Shown here piece after piece: positions 44,657-57,656 of a stretch of DNA of 64,000 nt. The notes beneath the pieces are model-generated. The model had not been told where the DNA came from. It was given only the letters and a program-made list of their open reading frames with translations, and did no database searches. The position numbers and the translations under genes are program-made. The DNA lies in assembly GCA_964016885.1 (NCBI GenBank), contig OZ024741.1:137516001-137580000 (forward strand), given 5' to 3'. How positions within the stretch are numbered: the first letter of the stretch is position 1; every line of letters starts with the position of its first letter. The stretch comes from Eledone cirrhosa. Taxonomy: Eukaryota.

Positions 44657-45533
44657 AACTGATAATTTGGTTACGCTAATGTTTTTCTCTGCGTTGCAGT
44701 GTTTACATTTTCGATCTTTGTTAATAAATAACCAGTGCAGTTTTTATCCCCAGCATCCTCTTTTGTTATAACATTCGGGTTATCGTTATGTTTTCTTAAC
44801 TTCATAAGGCATATTGTTGGTTGAGGGAATATTAATCAAAAACACCACATGCAAGTCTGCACAGTAGACACTACAGTTTTTAAGCCAAAAAAGAAACTTA
44901 ACATTGTAACTTTAACACAGCTACTGAGCGACCCCGAGCAACGCCGGGCTTTACTGCTAGTAATAATAATAATAGAAACATTAACCACAGACACAGCAAC
45001 AGCGACCACAGTAGTAATAACGGTAACAATACGAACAACAACAACAATAACCACAGTGGTAATAATGGAAATAGTACATGTAGCAACATCAATGATAGAC
45101 ACAACAAAAACAAGAAACATAATAAAAGTAACAACCACAATGGTAGAAATAACAGTAACAACAACAACAATAACGGTGAAGTAAACAACAATACATCTAG
45201 CAATCATAACAATAATAATAATGCTAATGATAGAAACAACAACAACCACCCTGATAACAATAATAACAACACACACAACTATGACGATAGATATAATGAC
45301 AACCCCTTAGAGAAACTATTTTTCAACCCAGCTGACAAAACATATAAGATGGGTAATATCTATCCTACGAGGTTACCCTTTAATAAAAGAGTTTGCATAC
45401 CACAACAAATAGATGACGAAACAGAGGCACAGTTCACCATAGCTAGAAATAAGATTAGACAAATAGTAGACAGGTATACTAAGAGACAGAGCAGACTAGA
45501 GGCCCAACAACTTGGAGGAAACCTGTAGAAGGC

Positions 45534-47669
45534 TTGGTTAGCCTCAAGCAGCGCACAAGGGATGGTGAGGTAGTGTGTCTACCCACGGATAAGTCTGGTA
45601 GGATGTCAATAGATAGCATGCCGAACTACATCGAGGCTATGCAACCCCACATCACCAACACGAGCGAAATTGCACAACAAACACACGATGGGAGAGAAAA
45701 AATCCTCAACGCTCTCATGATGATGTGGACTGACATCCTAAAGCCAAGCAGACGCACTGCCAACAACTTCCAGGCGTCTAACAATGGCATACCACCCTTG
45801 TATGGGCTCCGCAAAGACCACAGGACAGTCGACGACCCGACAACAGGACCACCAACAAGACCCGTATGCGGAGCTAATATAGCTAGCAACTACAGGATCT
45901 CCTACTTCCTCTCAATGGTTATACGCCCCATAATCAAGATGTCCCCAGATGCATGTGACAGTACAGAGGACCTCCTCAGCAGAATCAGTGAGTGCAACGA
46001 AAACAGGAGCCTATCCAACTGCATAATAGGCAGCATGGATGTGGTGTCACTGTACCCATCCATTAACATTGATTTTGCTGTGAAAAGATGTGTGGAGATG
46101 ATCATTGAGAGTGAGGTGGAGTTCTGCGACGTCGACACAGACGAACTGGGCATCCTACTTAGACTTACCTACGACACTGACTACCTAGACAGCCATGACC
46201 TTAGATGTTTCTGCCCTATGGCAAAAAAGACTCCCATGGGAAGGTGGATTGGGTGCACCAAAGCTATACGGACCCCCCAAAACAATGATCAGGTAAGAAA
46301 AATGGTCGCACATGCAATAGGGGCTAGTATCAAAACTAACCTAAAGGGCCACATATTTAAGTTCAACGAGAAAATCTACACCCAAAATGAGGGAGCAGCC
46401 ATCGGCGTCAGCATAGCTGGTGATGTTGCCAACCTTTTCATGGTATGGTGGGAAAGGAGACTTAAAGATCTCCTTAATGAAAGCTCCATAGACCTCATCA
46501 TGTACTCACGTTATGTAGACAATATCAATATAGTTATAAGAACACCCCCACTAGAGAGCACTAACAAGTTTGATTTAGAACGTAGCACGATGGAAAGCAT
46601 CCAGAAGATAGCTAATTCCATACACCAGAGTATAACTGTAACTATCGACTTCCCTTCCAAACACCCTAACAATAGACTACCTGTATTAGACACAGAACTC
46701 TGGATTAACACTATAGACGAGAGAGCCCAAATTCTCCACTCACACTATGCTAAACCCATGGCCTCCAAATACCTGATACTCAAAAACTCAGCAATGTCCA
46801 GTAGTGCTAAGTTTAATATTCTGATCGCAGATTTGGTACGAGTGATGAAGAATGTGTCCCGCATGTGCGACCCAACAGAAATGGAAAGACACATCCAACA
46901 CTTCATCAACCGCATGCAGTTCTCTGGCTACAACCAGAGAGACAGAGTCAGAGTATACGAAGGAGCCATGGAAAAGTATAAGACCCTCATAGAACTGGAC
47001 ATGAAAGGAATTTGCCCATTATACAGGAGCAAATCATGGAATAGCTTAGATAGGGCTAGACATAAGATAGGGAAAGCCACCTCATGGTACGACAACCAGA
47101 GATACCAGAGTGTCATGTTTGTGGACGCCACCCCTGGAGGGAAATTAGCTAACCAGTGTAGAAAGGCCCTGAGAAAGACCTACTTAAAAATAAAGGTGGT
47201 AGAAAAGCCAGGAACCACCATAAAATCCCTGATCAGCAAAACCTACCCATTTAAGAAAACCCACTGTACCAATAGGAAATGTATCATATGTAAGGTGAAC
47301 CCCCGGATAAACTGTAAAACTAGAAACGTAGTCTATAGCATAAGATGTACAGAGGGTACTTGCAGAAACATGACAACAACATACATAGGTGAGACAGCTC
47401 GTAGCATAGGTGAAAGGATAGACCAACACTGGGGGGAACTAAAAGGACGAAAAAACGGTTCAATACTATATGAACATGCTAGACAACAACATGACGGTAA
47501 CATAGACAACATAGAAATTAGAATAATATCTAAACATAGAAATGACCCAGCAGATAGGCAAATCAGAGAGGCCAGTGAAATAGAAATTAGAAGACCAAAG
47601 CTAAACAGAAAGAATGAATGGAATAAGAACAACACCCAAACAAACAACACTGACCTAAGAGAAGTATAA
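45534..47669 (+). pseudogene. PLE reverse transcriptase + Cys-rich linker + C-terminal GIY-YIG endonuclease
   Basis: PTDKSG, LYGLRKDH, PTRPVCGA, GSMDVVSLYPSI, QNEGAAIG, RYVDN (normally YVDD), LPVLD, CX4CX2C linker, NVVYSIRC...YIGETARS..ER..H..LNRKNEW. Frameshifted from the upstream frame 44962-45528. Confidence 0.92.
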
Positions 47670-47905
47670 ATAAGTAAATAAAATAAGATAAATAAATAAA
47701 TAAATACATACACAAGCACAATAACAACAAGCACATAAACACACACTAGTCACCCATCACACAGCAAACAAAACACTATACACACACGCAAACGCATGCG
47801 CAAAGAAGACAAAATAAAATAAACAAACAAGCAAATAAATAAATAAATATATAGACAGACTGAATAAAAATGGCGTAGACATACAACACAAGAGGAGGAA
47901 AATAT

Positions 47906-47956
47906 AACACCACTGACGATGTTGCAGATGTGCAACGAAAGATTTATATATGTGTT
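47906..47956 (+). ncRNA. Type I minimal hammerhead ribozyme motif in the PLE 3' UTR/pLTR
   Basis: CTGACGA(47913)-T-GTTGCA/gatg/TGCAAC-GAAA(47937). Stem I AACAC(C)A/TGTGTT; stem III degenerate. Confidence 0.65.
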
Positions 47957-48132
47957 TGTGTCTATATTGTATCTATTATTTTTGACCGTCGGTCAGTCAA
48001 TGGCAACATTGAGGACCGAGTAAGTTAGATTACCGATATAAAAGACAGCGAGAAGCGAAAACCAACCAAACAGTGAGTGTGTTCTGTTATTAATTCTGGC
48101 AATATTACACAAATATGACCCTCCCCAAGTAT

Positions 48133-48189
<57 letters not shown>

Positions 48190-48273
48190 ATATTAACAAA
48201 TGGAAACTATATTTATAAAACCATATTTATTTCATTATACATATTTCAAGGACACCAAAACTGATCTATATTA

Positions 48274-48338
48274 TATTTTATCTGATGAAAGCGCACCATA
48301 ATTTGCTTTGGTGTCCTTGAAATATGTATAATAAAATA
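48274..48338 (+). ncRNA. Type I minimal hammerhead ribozyme (family A)
   Basis: Stem I TATTTTAT/ATAAAATA, CTGATGA at 48282, stem II AAG..CACCA/TGGTG..CTT, GAAA at 48319, short stem III ATA/TAT, AUA cleavage triplet. Confidence 0.75.
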
Positions 48339-48626
48339 AATATGCTTTTATAAATATAGTTTTCATTTGTTAATATATTGTATTTTTACTCCATTAATTT
48401 GTTGAGTGCTTTATATCAGTTATAAAAATATTTGCTTGTTGTATCCCAACAAATTAAATATAACTTCTCTCTATATATATATATGTATATGCATATCTTC
48501 TGTATTTGTTCATATTTAAGTTGTTTTTATTTATCCCCCCCCCCTCCCATCACACACTCACACCTCTCATTGTCAACACGTCCCCTTTTTTTACTTTATT
48601 TTGTTTTTGATTTTGATTTTTACTTT

Positions 48627-48712
<86 letters not shown>

Positions 48713-48725
48713 TATATATATATAC

Positions 48726-48758
<33 letters not shown>

Positions 48759-49136
48759 TATATTTATATATATTATCATATATTTATATATATATATACA
48801 CATATATATATATGTATATATATACATATATTTTTTGCATTTTTTGTTCTTATTTATTTATTTAGTTACTCCTGCTTCCTAACTACTGCCCATATCTGTG
48901 CGTACATTTTTGAGTGCATATATATCTGTGTATATGTATGTGTATGTATTTATGTTCCTGTCTGTATTTCTATGTAGACGCAAATAGTATATACGCGTAT
49001 TATATATACGCGTTTTATATATATATATTTTATTTTTTTCCCCTATTTCCTTTTCGCCCGTTTTTTTCAGCCTCACTTTCATATTTCCTAAATTTTGTTT
49101 TCAAATCAATATTTAATAAATACACCATGTTTTTTA

Positions 49137-49197
49137 TTCATTCTGACGACTGAAGACAGACACAGCACCTGTCTTCAAGAAACCACTGGTAAATGAA
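49137..49197 (+). ncRNA. Type I minimal hammerhead ribozyme (family B)
   Basis: TTCATT-CTGACGA-c-TGAAGACAG/CTGTCTTCA-a-GAAA-CCAcTGG-TA-AATGAA. All three stems are present, stem III is near-palindromic, and the triplet is GUA. Confidence 0.85.
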
Positions 49198-49367
49198 ATA
49201 ATTATCTTATGTTGTTTATTACATAACTAATAAGCTCTGTAGCCTACATAGACCATTCTTTTTTCCTGTACCTTTCTGACGGAAATACTTCACACACATA
49301 TATATATATTGAGTGGGCTGAGATGCAACCGGTATTAGCAGTGAAACCCATGCTAATCCCGTTAACT

Positions 49368-49419
<52 letters not shown>

Positions 49420-49587
49420 ATATCTAAGTGGATACGATAAAGAAAGTGAGAGAGAAAGAGAGAGAAAGAGAGAGAAAGAGGAAGAAAGACAGAGAGAGAG
49501 AGGCATACATAGATAGAGGGGAAAGAGAAAGAGAGAGAAAGAGAGCAACAGAGATAGATAGATAGATATATAGATAGATAGAGATAG

Positions 49588-49642
<55 letters not shown>

Positions 49643-50220
49643 GTGAAAAAGAAAGGTGAAACCATGAGCTAAGTGAATAAATATATCCAGTTCAGAATTC
49701 ACCGTAGAACGACATTGGAAAATACGACCTAATAAAAGAAATCATTATACAGCTCAGTGTTTGCTTATAATGCAGACGTGATCAGTGACTGCTCATGAGC
49801 GGAAATCTTCTGTTAGTGAAAGTAACATATGGCTGGCGATGTGCTAAATCCAGCCCAGTCAACCAGTTGAAACACATGCATATGTTTCCTTCTTCACACG
49901 CAAGACCGGGATAGTGAACCGCAGAATTGTACGTGTATGTATGTGTGTGTGTATATGTGCGTGCTTGTATATATGTAGGAATAGAGTGAGAAAAGGAATA
50001 GAGAGAGAGAGAGAGGGTGAGAGTAGGGCCGGGGAGAAATATTCATTTTCGAATAACTATTATGCCACTGTATCTAAGTATTGCGTACATTCTTTCGAAT
50101 TTCACAATAGGGGAACGCAACGATCTATAATATATATGTATGTAAAAGGTAAACAGAAATAACAACACAATCGGTACAGTATATGGAAGGGATATATTAG
50201 GTTAACGCTTGAAATAGCAG

Positions 50221-50268
50221 GAAGAGGGTTTCAACGTTTCGGACGCTAGTCCTTCATCAGAAGAAAGA
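50221..50268 (-). ncRNA. Minimal hammerhead motif (family E)
   Basis: Minus strand CTGATGA-A-GGAC/tagc/GTCC-GAAACGTT. Stem I is weak. Confidence 0.6.
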
Positions 50269-51440
50269 ATGGGAAATAAGATAGATTGACGGGACGGGCG
50301 GGTTGGAATTGGAAAAAATGTCTTTAGATAAAAATAACAGGTCCATTCATGTTGACATCTCTTGCACCGCCAAACAGACACTAAAGCACTAACGCTTACA
50401 CGAGGAAACAATTCTAAAATGAAGTAGATTAGAAAGATTGAAACTAGCTGTTAAAACGGCAAGAGTTCAGCTGTCGAGTCCCGACTGTTTATAATATAAT
50501 CATACTCTACTACCTCAAGTATCGAGTACTCTGTTGAGTAATGATCTAACCAGTTTCAAACTGAATCTATCCTGATTTATATATATATATATTACAATAA
50601 ATGTATCGTATACCGTGATATTGTTCTTCCTGGAAACTGGAAGCATTCCTTGACGACAACCAAAACTAGCCATATCCGAGAATCAAATACAAAATCACAA
50701 ACTGAACTAGGTTTCATCTATTCAAACCAACGATATGGTAAGCACTGAGGCTCTACTATTAGTGTGAAATTCAAAAAATTCAGGATTTCTATTTTCATTT
50801 ATATTATCTTCTTTGTACAATATGCGTCCCATTATGTCTTGTTCTCCTGATACTAAGAACATTTCGTGTCAACACGAATGCAGGTTAATTCATTGTACAA
50901 ATAATTAAACTACGACTCTCGTCACCCCATTGGACATTTCCATAACGCTGCTTCATAGCAAAGATTTTTAAAGATTTATATATTGATCACAGGAAATTAC
51001 AATTTATTTATTTTATTTAATTAAAAATGTTTGGAATAAAATGTGAAAAGTTATGGTTCAGCCATACAACCTAGACGGCTACTTATTTGGCCTAATGATA
51101 GTGACGCCCCTAAATAAGATATAGCTACATATTTCTTAAAATGCAACAGGAATATTTCTTTAAGCTCGAGTTTCCCAAATGTAATTCAACTAACACCCCT
51201 ATTTTGGATGTATTTCTTCAGCGTCACCACCGCTTCTACAAAATCTAAAGCTGATAAAATTATTACGTTGAAAATTAAGTTTTAATGTAAAGGTTATTGG
51301 GGGACTTACGAACCATTGGAACATTGTGAAAACCCTTTTCTCTCTCAGGAGAGGGGCAGGGATTGGTTCTCCGCAGATGTTTCCATCCACTTATTTCCTT
51401 CTCCAGGAATACTTTAACTGATTTATTTATCTATAGTAAA

Positions 51441-51775
51441 GGCACGTTGCTTAGAGGTTAGAACGTCGGATTCACAAACGTGAAGTCGTGAGTTCGATTC
51501 CCTGACCGGGTGGTGCATTGTGTCTTTGAGCTAGATACTTTATTTCCACGCTGTTCCAGTTCATTCAGATGTAGAAAAGAGTTGCGATGCCACTGGTGCC
51601 AAGTTGTATCGGCCATTGTTTTTCCTTTGGACAACATCGGTGGCGTGGAGAAAGAGACTGGTATGCATGAGCGACTACTGGTCTTCAAACAAACAACTTT
51701 GCCTAGACAAGTGCCCTGGCAGAGAAGTTTTCTAGGTGTAAATCCAATGGTCATTCGTGACCAATGAGGGATTTG
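51441..51775 (+). mobile_element. tRNA-derived CORE-like SINE family 2
   Basis: Head TTGCTTAGAGGTTAGAAC..GAGTTCGATTCC, body TGTGTCTTTGAGCTAGATACTT, tail shared with 37385-37715. Confidence 0.7.
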
Positions 51776-52269
51776 TTATTAACTATTATTATAGTAATCT
51801 GCAATGCATTCAGTATAATTTGAAACTTTATTTCTTTTTTAATTTTATTTAAATATTTATCGAATAAATAAAGGTGACAGTTTTATGTGAAACAATTAAT
51901 TTGTATAATTTCCCCCATTCATAACATGCAGCCCTCTTGGAGTTCCAACGACTAATACAGCTCCTTGCATGCTAGTGCTACATCTTGAGGCTCCCTGTGC
52001 ACCCATGTCAGACTCAAGTGAAGGTGAAATCTGTTTAGAGTGAGGTAGTTAATTGTAATAATTTGTTCACTGAGTTAAAAAAGGTAAGATACAGTAAAAT
52101 AAGCATATAAAACATTTAAGTTTATATAACTTAAATAATAAGGTAACATTGAATAATGTGAATATATGTATTCATAATCTCATCTGAAATACGAATGGTT
52201 ATATATAGAAGTTATAGAAATAACAGATAAATCTGTATATTAGTTATGTCAGCATGTCTTAATAAAATG

Positions 52270-52316
<47 letters not shown>

Positions 52317-52681
52317 GTATATACGCAAAAATACAAATCACAACCTATGTACAGAAATATCCATAGATACATACAGTTGTATAAACACACATATCGCACA
52401 TATACGCAAATTCAAACAATCATACATAGAAATAACTTCTACAAGGCTAGAAGTCTTTCATTCATTTGAGATAAAGTAGCGCCTGATGATTTAAAAAAAT
52501 GAAACAACTCTTGTTTTGTAGAAGACATTTCTATAACATTATATATACATATAAAATAAAGTACCATATATATATATGTGTGTAAATGAAGTAATTCCGT
52601 CGGAAAGGTACATGAAAAAAGAGTGCTCTGTGTAGGTTACAGAGCTTATTAGTTATGTAATGAACAACATAAGATAATTAT

Positions 52682-52739
52682 TTCATTTACCAGTGGTTTC
52701 TTGAAAGCAGATATATCTGTTTTCAGTCATCAGAATGAA
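52682..52739 (-). ncRNA. Hammerhead ribozyme family B (minus arm of an inverted pair)
   Basis: Minus strand TTCATT-CTGATGA-c-TGAAAACAGA..TCTGCTTTCA-a-GAAA-CCACTGG-TA-AATGAA. Confidence 0.8.
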
Positions 52740-52789
52740 TAAAACATGCTGTTTTTATTAAATATGGATAATAAAAACACCATGTTTTA

Positions 52790-52847
52790 TTCATTCTGAT
52801 GACTGAAAACAGATATATTTGCTTTCAAGAAACCATTGGTACATGAA
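52790..52847 (+). ncRNA. Hammerhead ribozyme family B (plus arm of an inverted pair)
   Basis: CTGATGA at 52796, GAAA at 52829, CCATTGG-TA, stem I TTCAT/ATGAA. Confidence 0.75.
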
Positions 52848-52873
52848 ATAATTATCTTATGTTGTTCATTACA

Positions 52874-52930
<57 letters not shown>

Positions 52931-53741
52931 TTGTGTGTGGGTGTGTGTGTATGTGTGTTTATATGATATATATGTATGTAACACACATGCCTAGGCATAC
53001 ACTCACCCACAAATGCTTGTACTCACTAATAAATACAAGTGCATGTGTTTTTAAAGCAGCGTAAACAGTAACGAAAAATCGATAGAGCTTTCCAATTTGG
53101 TAAAGCAAACACATTCTTCATACGCACATAAAGACGAATGAACACACACAAACACATACACGCACACATTATATATACTAGCAGAAAAACCACCCTCGGG
53201 TGGTTTTCTGCTAGCATGTGTAGTGTGTATATTGTGTATATTATACGCAGGTATATATACATGTAGATATGATATATCAATAAATTCGTAATTGACAATA
53301 TATAATACATAGAAATTGAACGAAGACTGCGTTACACTGTCTTATGTAATTAGTAACGTAATCCATGATACATTAAAAAAGACGATATTATAAACTGGAT
53401 TAGGAGAAAATTAGTGACAGAATATTAGTATGTTTATTTAAGCGATGTGTTTGCGCGATTACAGTTATATACTCATAATAGTTATATACTCATACATATA
53501 GATGTATGTATGCGCACAATCATACGCGTCAGGTGTAGAAAATCATAATCTCTCTATCTCTCTCATCACAAACTCTCTCTTTCTATATATATGGTAGTTG
53601 AAGTCGTGGTGGTGGCGACGATATACCGGAAGTGCAACTTTGAAAAGAAGTCAATTTGAAATTATTTATTTTACGAAATTATTTTTGTTTACAAAATTGA
53701 GTAGATAAATTATGTAATATTCATTCATTATTTATTCTAAG

Positions 53742-53920
53742 GGATTGGCAGTATCGGTAGAGGGTCGGACGCCATCCTTTCCAGCATAGTTACGTCCCTT
53801 TACGATCTGAGTTCAAATCCCGCCGAGGTTGACTTTGCCTTTCATCCTTACGGGGTCGATAAAATAAAGTACCAGTAATGCACTGGGTAATTGCTGGCCT
53901 TGTGCCTAAAGTAGAAACAA
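53742..53920 (+). mobile_element. Near full-length young SINE family 1 copy with probable 13-bp TSD
   Basis: A-box TGGCAGTATCGG, B-box GTTCAAATCC, body GCCTTTCATCCTTACGGGGTCGATAAAATAAAGTACC (resembles the Meta/Sauria-SINE central domain; inference). Flanks TATTTATTCTAAG / TATTTATTCAAAG. Confidence 0.9.
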
Positions 53921-54151
53921 GTATTTATTCAAAGTAATCCAACTTATTTTACAAACGGGATATAAAAAAAGAAACCGTACGCAATCCCGGAGACCTTTCT
54001 TTATTATCGTTTATATATATATATATATATGCATCTTTGTTTATATTTTTCTCATGACAGGCTGAATGAGTTGGGGCCTAGAACCCAACGAAACTTGAGT
54101 CTCTGTTTATGCCACTGTTGTAATTATTTATATTTATATATATATATATAT

Positions 54152-54187
<36 letters not shown>

Positions 54188-54288
54188 GCATATATACATA
54201 AACACAGAAAACTTAAACACATATGTGTATGTATATATATATATATGTGTGTGTGTGTGTATATATATATGTATATATATCTATGTAT

Positions 54289-54384
<96 letters not shown>

Positions 54385-54566
54385 ACATAGATATATATAC
54401 ATATATATATATACATAGATATATATACATATATATATACACACATAGATATATATACATATATATATACACACACACACATATATATATATATACATAC
54501 ACATATGTATTTAAGTTTTCTGTGTTTATGTATATATGCATATGTCTCTTTCTCTCTCTCTCTCTC

Positions 54567-54611
<45 letters not shown>

Positions 54612-54986
54612 TCATGCATACATAGACCTATTTAAGCATATATCTTTTCCACATGTGAAGGAATGTAATTTGCCAGAGATATCAAGATATATCAATACTT
54701 CTCATAAGGAAGATCGTTATGTCAACAACTTGATTGGTATTCCTTTTTCCATTAAGACGAACAATATCATTTGATTTTGTCATTTCTTTCCCTCACTAAC
54801 AAGATAACAACAACCATGATGATGATGATGATAATGATAATAATGATAATAAACATTATTACATTTTCAGAGATGCTGTAATTCTTGTATTTTTTCTCTC
54901 TCTATCTCTCTATACACACACATACAGATACACACACACACACATATATATATATATATGAATGTACATTTATATATATATTTTAT

Positions 54987-55029
<43 letters not shown>

Positions 55030-55064
55030 CAAATATATACATATAAATATATATATGTGTATGA

Positions 55065-55097
<33 letters not shown>

Positions 55098-55200
55098 CAT
55101 GCATACACACACACACACGTATATATATATATATATATTGAAACACCCCAATAACCATATATACACAGACACACACACACACTGACACATACACACATAT

Positions 55201-55281
<81 letters not shown>

Positions 55282-55334
55282 TGTATGTCTGTGTGTGTGT
55301 ATACTTAAGCATATAGTTCTCTATACACAGATAT

Positions 55335-55388
<54 letters not shown>

Positions 55389-55510
55389 CGGAGGAGTTGT
55401 GGTAAGAAACTTGATGGACCATACTTTCCCCTATTACCCACTCTACTACCCTAAGTATTGAGTACTCTGGTGCGTTATGGTCCATCAGGTTTCTTTCCAC
55501 AACTCCTCCG

Positions 55511-55572
<62 letters not shown>

Positions 55573-55970
55573 AATATATCTGTGTATAGAGAACTATATG
55601 CTTAAGTATACACAAACACAGACATACACCTATGTATATATATATATATGTGTGTGTATATGTGTGTGTATATGTGTGTATATATATTTCTAGACTAGAA
55701 ATAGCCGTCGAAACGGCTTGAGCTCTGCCGTCGGGGTCATACTTTCTCCTATATATATATATATTTACACGTATTAAATTTATTACGTATTTTTATAAGG
55801 GTTCGACTATTTATCATGATCTACATTTATTTGAATGTCTTGGCATTGAAATAACAGCTAAATAGTTTCACATATGTATTTACACGTACGTAAACGCTCA
55901 TGCACACAAACACACTCACACTCATACACACACACACACTTACACATAGTCACACACTTGTTATACATGG

Positions 55971-56004
<34 letters not shown>

Positions 56005-56069
56005 ACAACTGTATGAAATCTATGAGAGATAGAAGCATACATATAGATAAATGCATGCATACTCACACT

Positions 56070-56101
<32 letters not shown>

Positions 56102-56319
56102 CATATATATATACATATATATATATACAGACAAATATGGGAATGTCTTTACTGTGAACGTATGCACATTACATAGATACTTTTGCTTGACATCGTCTAA
56201 AAACACACGTGATGGTCACGGGGGGAATGCTTTTCATGTTAGGCCTGCTCTCTCAGATCTAGCATGGAACTAATCAGCAACACCGTATAGTTAGCTGATC
56301 TGCAATTCTGTGTGTATGG

Positions 56320-56370
<51 letters not shown>

Positions 56371-56895
56371 CGTGTACACACACACATGCATATATATATA
56401 TATAAATATATATACATAGAGAGAGAGAGAGTAAAAGGACTGGTTTATTTGATATTTGTAAAAGTGTGTAATCACACACACACATACACACACACACACA
56501 CACACAGACACACACACACATACATACACACACGCACACACACACACACACACGCGCGCACACAGACTCACACACACACAGACTCGCACACACATTCAAT
56601 GCAGTGCCCCAGCCTGGCCATTGTCATGATGGTTACAGAGAACTAAAGCAGGAGAGAACATAAAGAGATACACATATGTATTTACCTACAAATACACATA
56701 CGCACATAACCATATACACACAAGCAGATATATTCACACAAAAGCAGCAAGGTGATGATACATAAACACATTGACACATAAACCCACATACACACAAACA
56801 GAGATGTAGACAGACACTCACTTGCATTACACTAGTCATAATGACATTCAACACGCCATACGTTGCATATGAACGTTGTGTTTAGATGCACGCAC

Positions 56896-56953
<58 letters not shown>

Positions 56954-57294
56954 ACGCACATACGCACAAATACACACACATCCACACATTACACAATGGT
57001 ACGTTTAAATATAGATATGTTTATTTGTTTATACAATGTTATACAAACCCACACACAAACTCGCACGCACACGCACGTGCACATACGAACACACATACAC
57101 ATATACACACACATACACATACACATAAACACATAATCACACACATATGTATATATATGATATTGCATTATCATATATATACACTTATCTGTTTATACAT
57201 ACATTGAAAAACATAAATGTTTACTTTAGGCTCTCCCTCTCTGTCTCTCTCTCGCTCTCTCTCTCTCACTCTCACTCTTTCTTTCTCCCCCCCC

Positions 57295-57327
<33 letters not shown>

Positions 57328-57609
57328 ATATATACATACATATATATATATACCAAGATAACAATAAATGGAAACTATATTTATAAAACCATATAGTTTC
57401 CATTTATTATTATCTTGGTTAACTTTGCCTTCATCCTTACGGGGTCGATAAAATAAAGTACCAGTAATGTACTGAGTAATTGCTGGCCTTGTGCCTAAAG
57501 TAGAAACAATTATTATCTTGGAATATTTACTCCAGTAATTTGTTGAGTGCTCTATATCAGTTATAAAAATTTATGCTTGTTGGAATTCCAACAAATTAAA
57601 TACAACTCC

Positions 57610-57656
<47 letters not shown>

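Larger units (their letters stand above)
43754..44960 (+). mobile_element. Non-autonomous Helitron with internal tandem repeats
   Basis: 5' end TCTATATATATAAAA. 3' GC hairpin CCCGAGCAACGCCGGG (44933-44948) followed by CTAG (44957-44960). Inserted between A43753 and T44961 with no TSD. Confidence 0.85.
43721..48137 (+). mobile_element. Penelope-like retroelement (Naiad/Neptune-like), 5'-truncated, flanked by (TA)n, interrupted by a Helitron
   Basis: RT + GIY-YIG ORF, Asn-rich upstream frame, 3' UTR with a hammerhead core, and (TA)n immediately on both sides (to ~43720 and from ~48138). Confidence 0.85.

Noticed and set aside
44836-45276. Thr-rich (+) and Val/Leu-rich (-) ORFs in the track
   Set aside because: Alternative-frame and antisense readings of the Asn-rich PLE frame, and they cross the Helitron boundary.
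45534-47900. Selenoprotein-type Naiad (in-frame UGA plus SECIS)
   Set aside because: The RT-EN frame has no in-frame TGA, the linker cysteines are TGT, and I could not identify a SECIS.
53742-53830. tRNA genes
   Set aside because: The A/B boxes belong to SINE heads with extended spacing and attached SINE bodies. No complete cloverleaf is evident.
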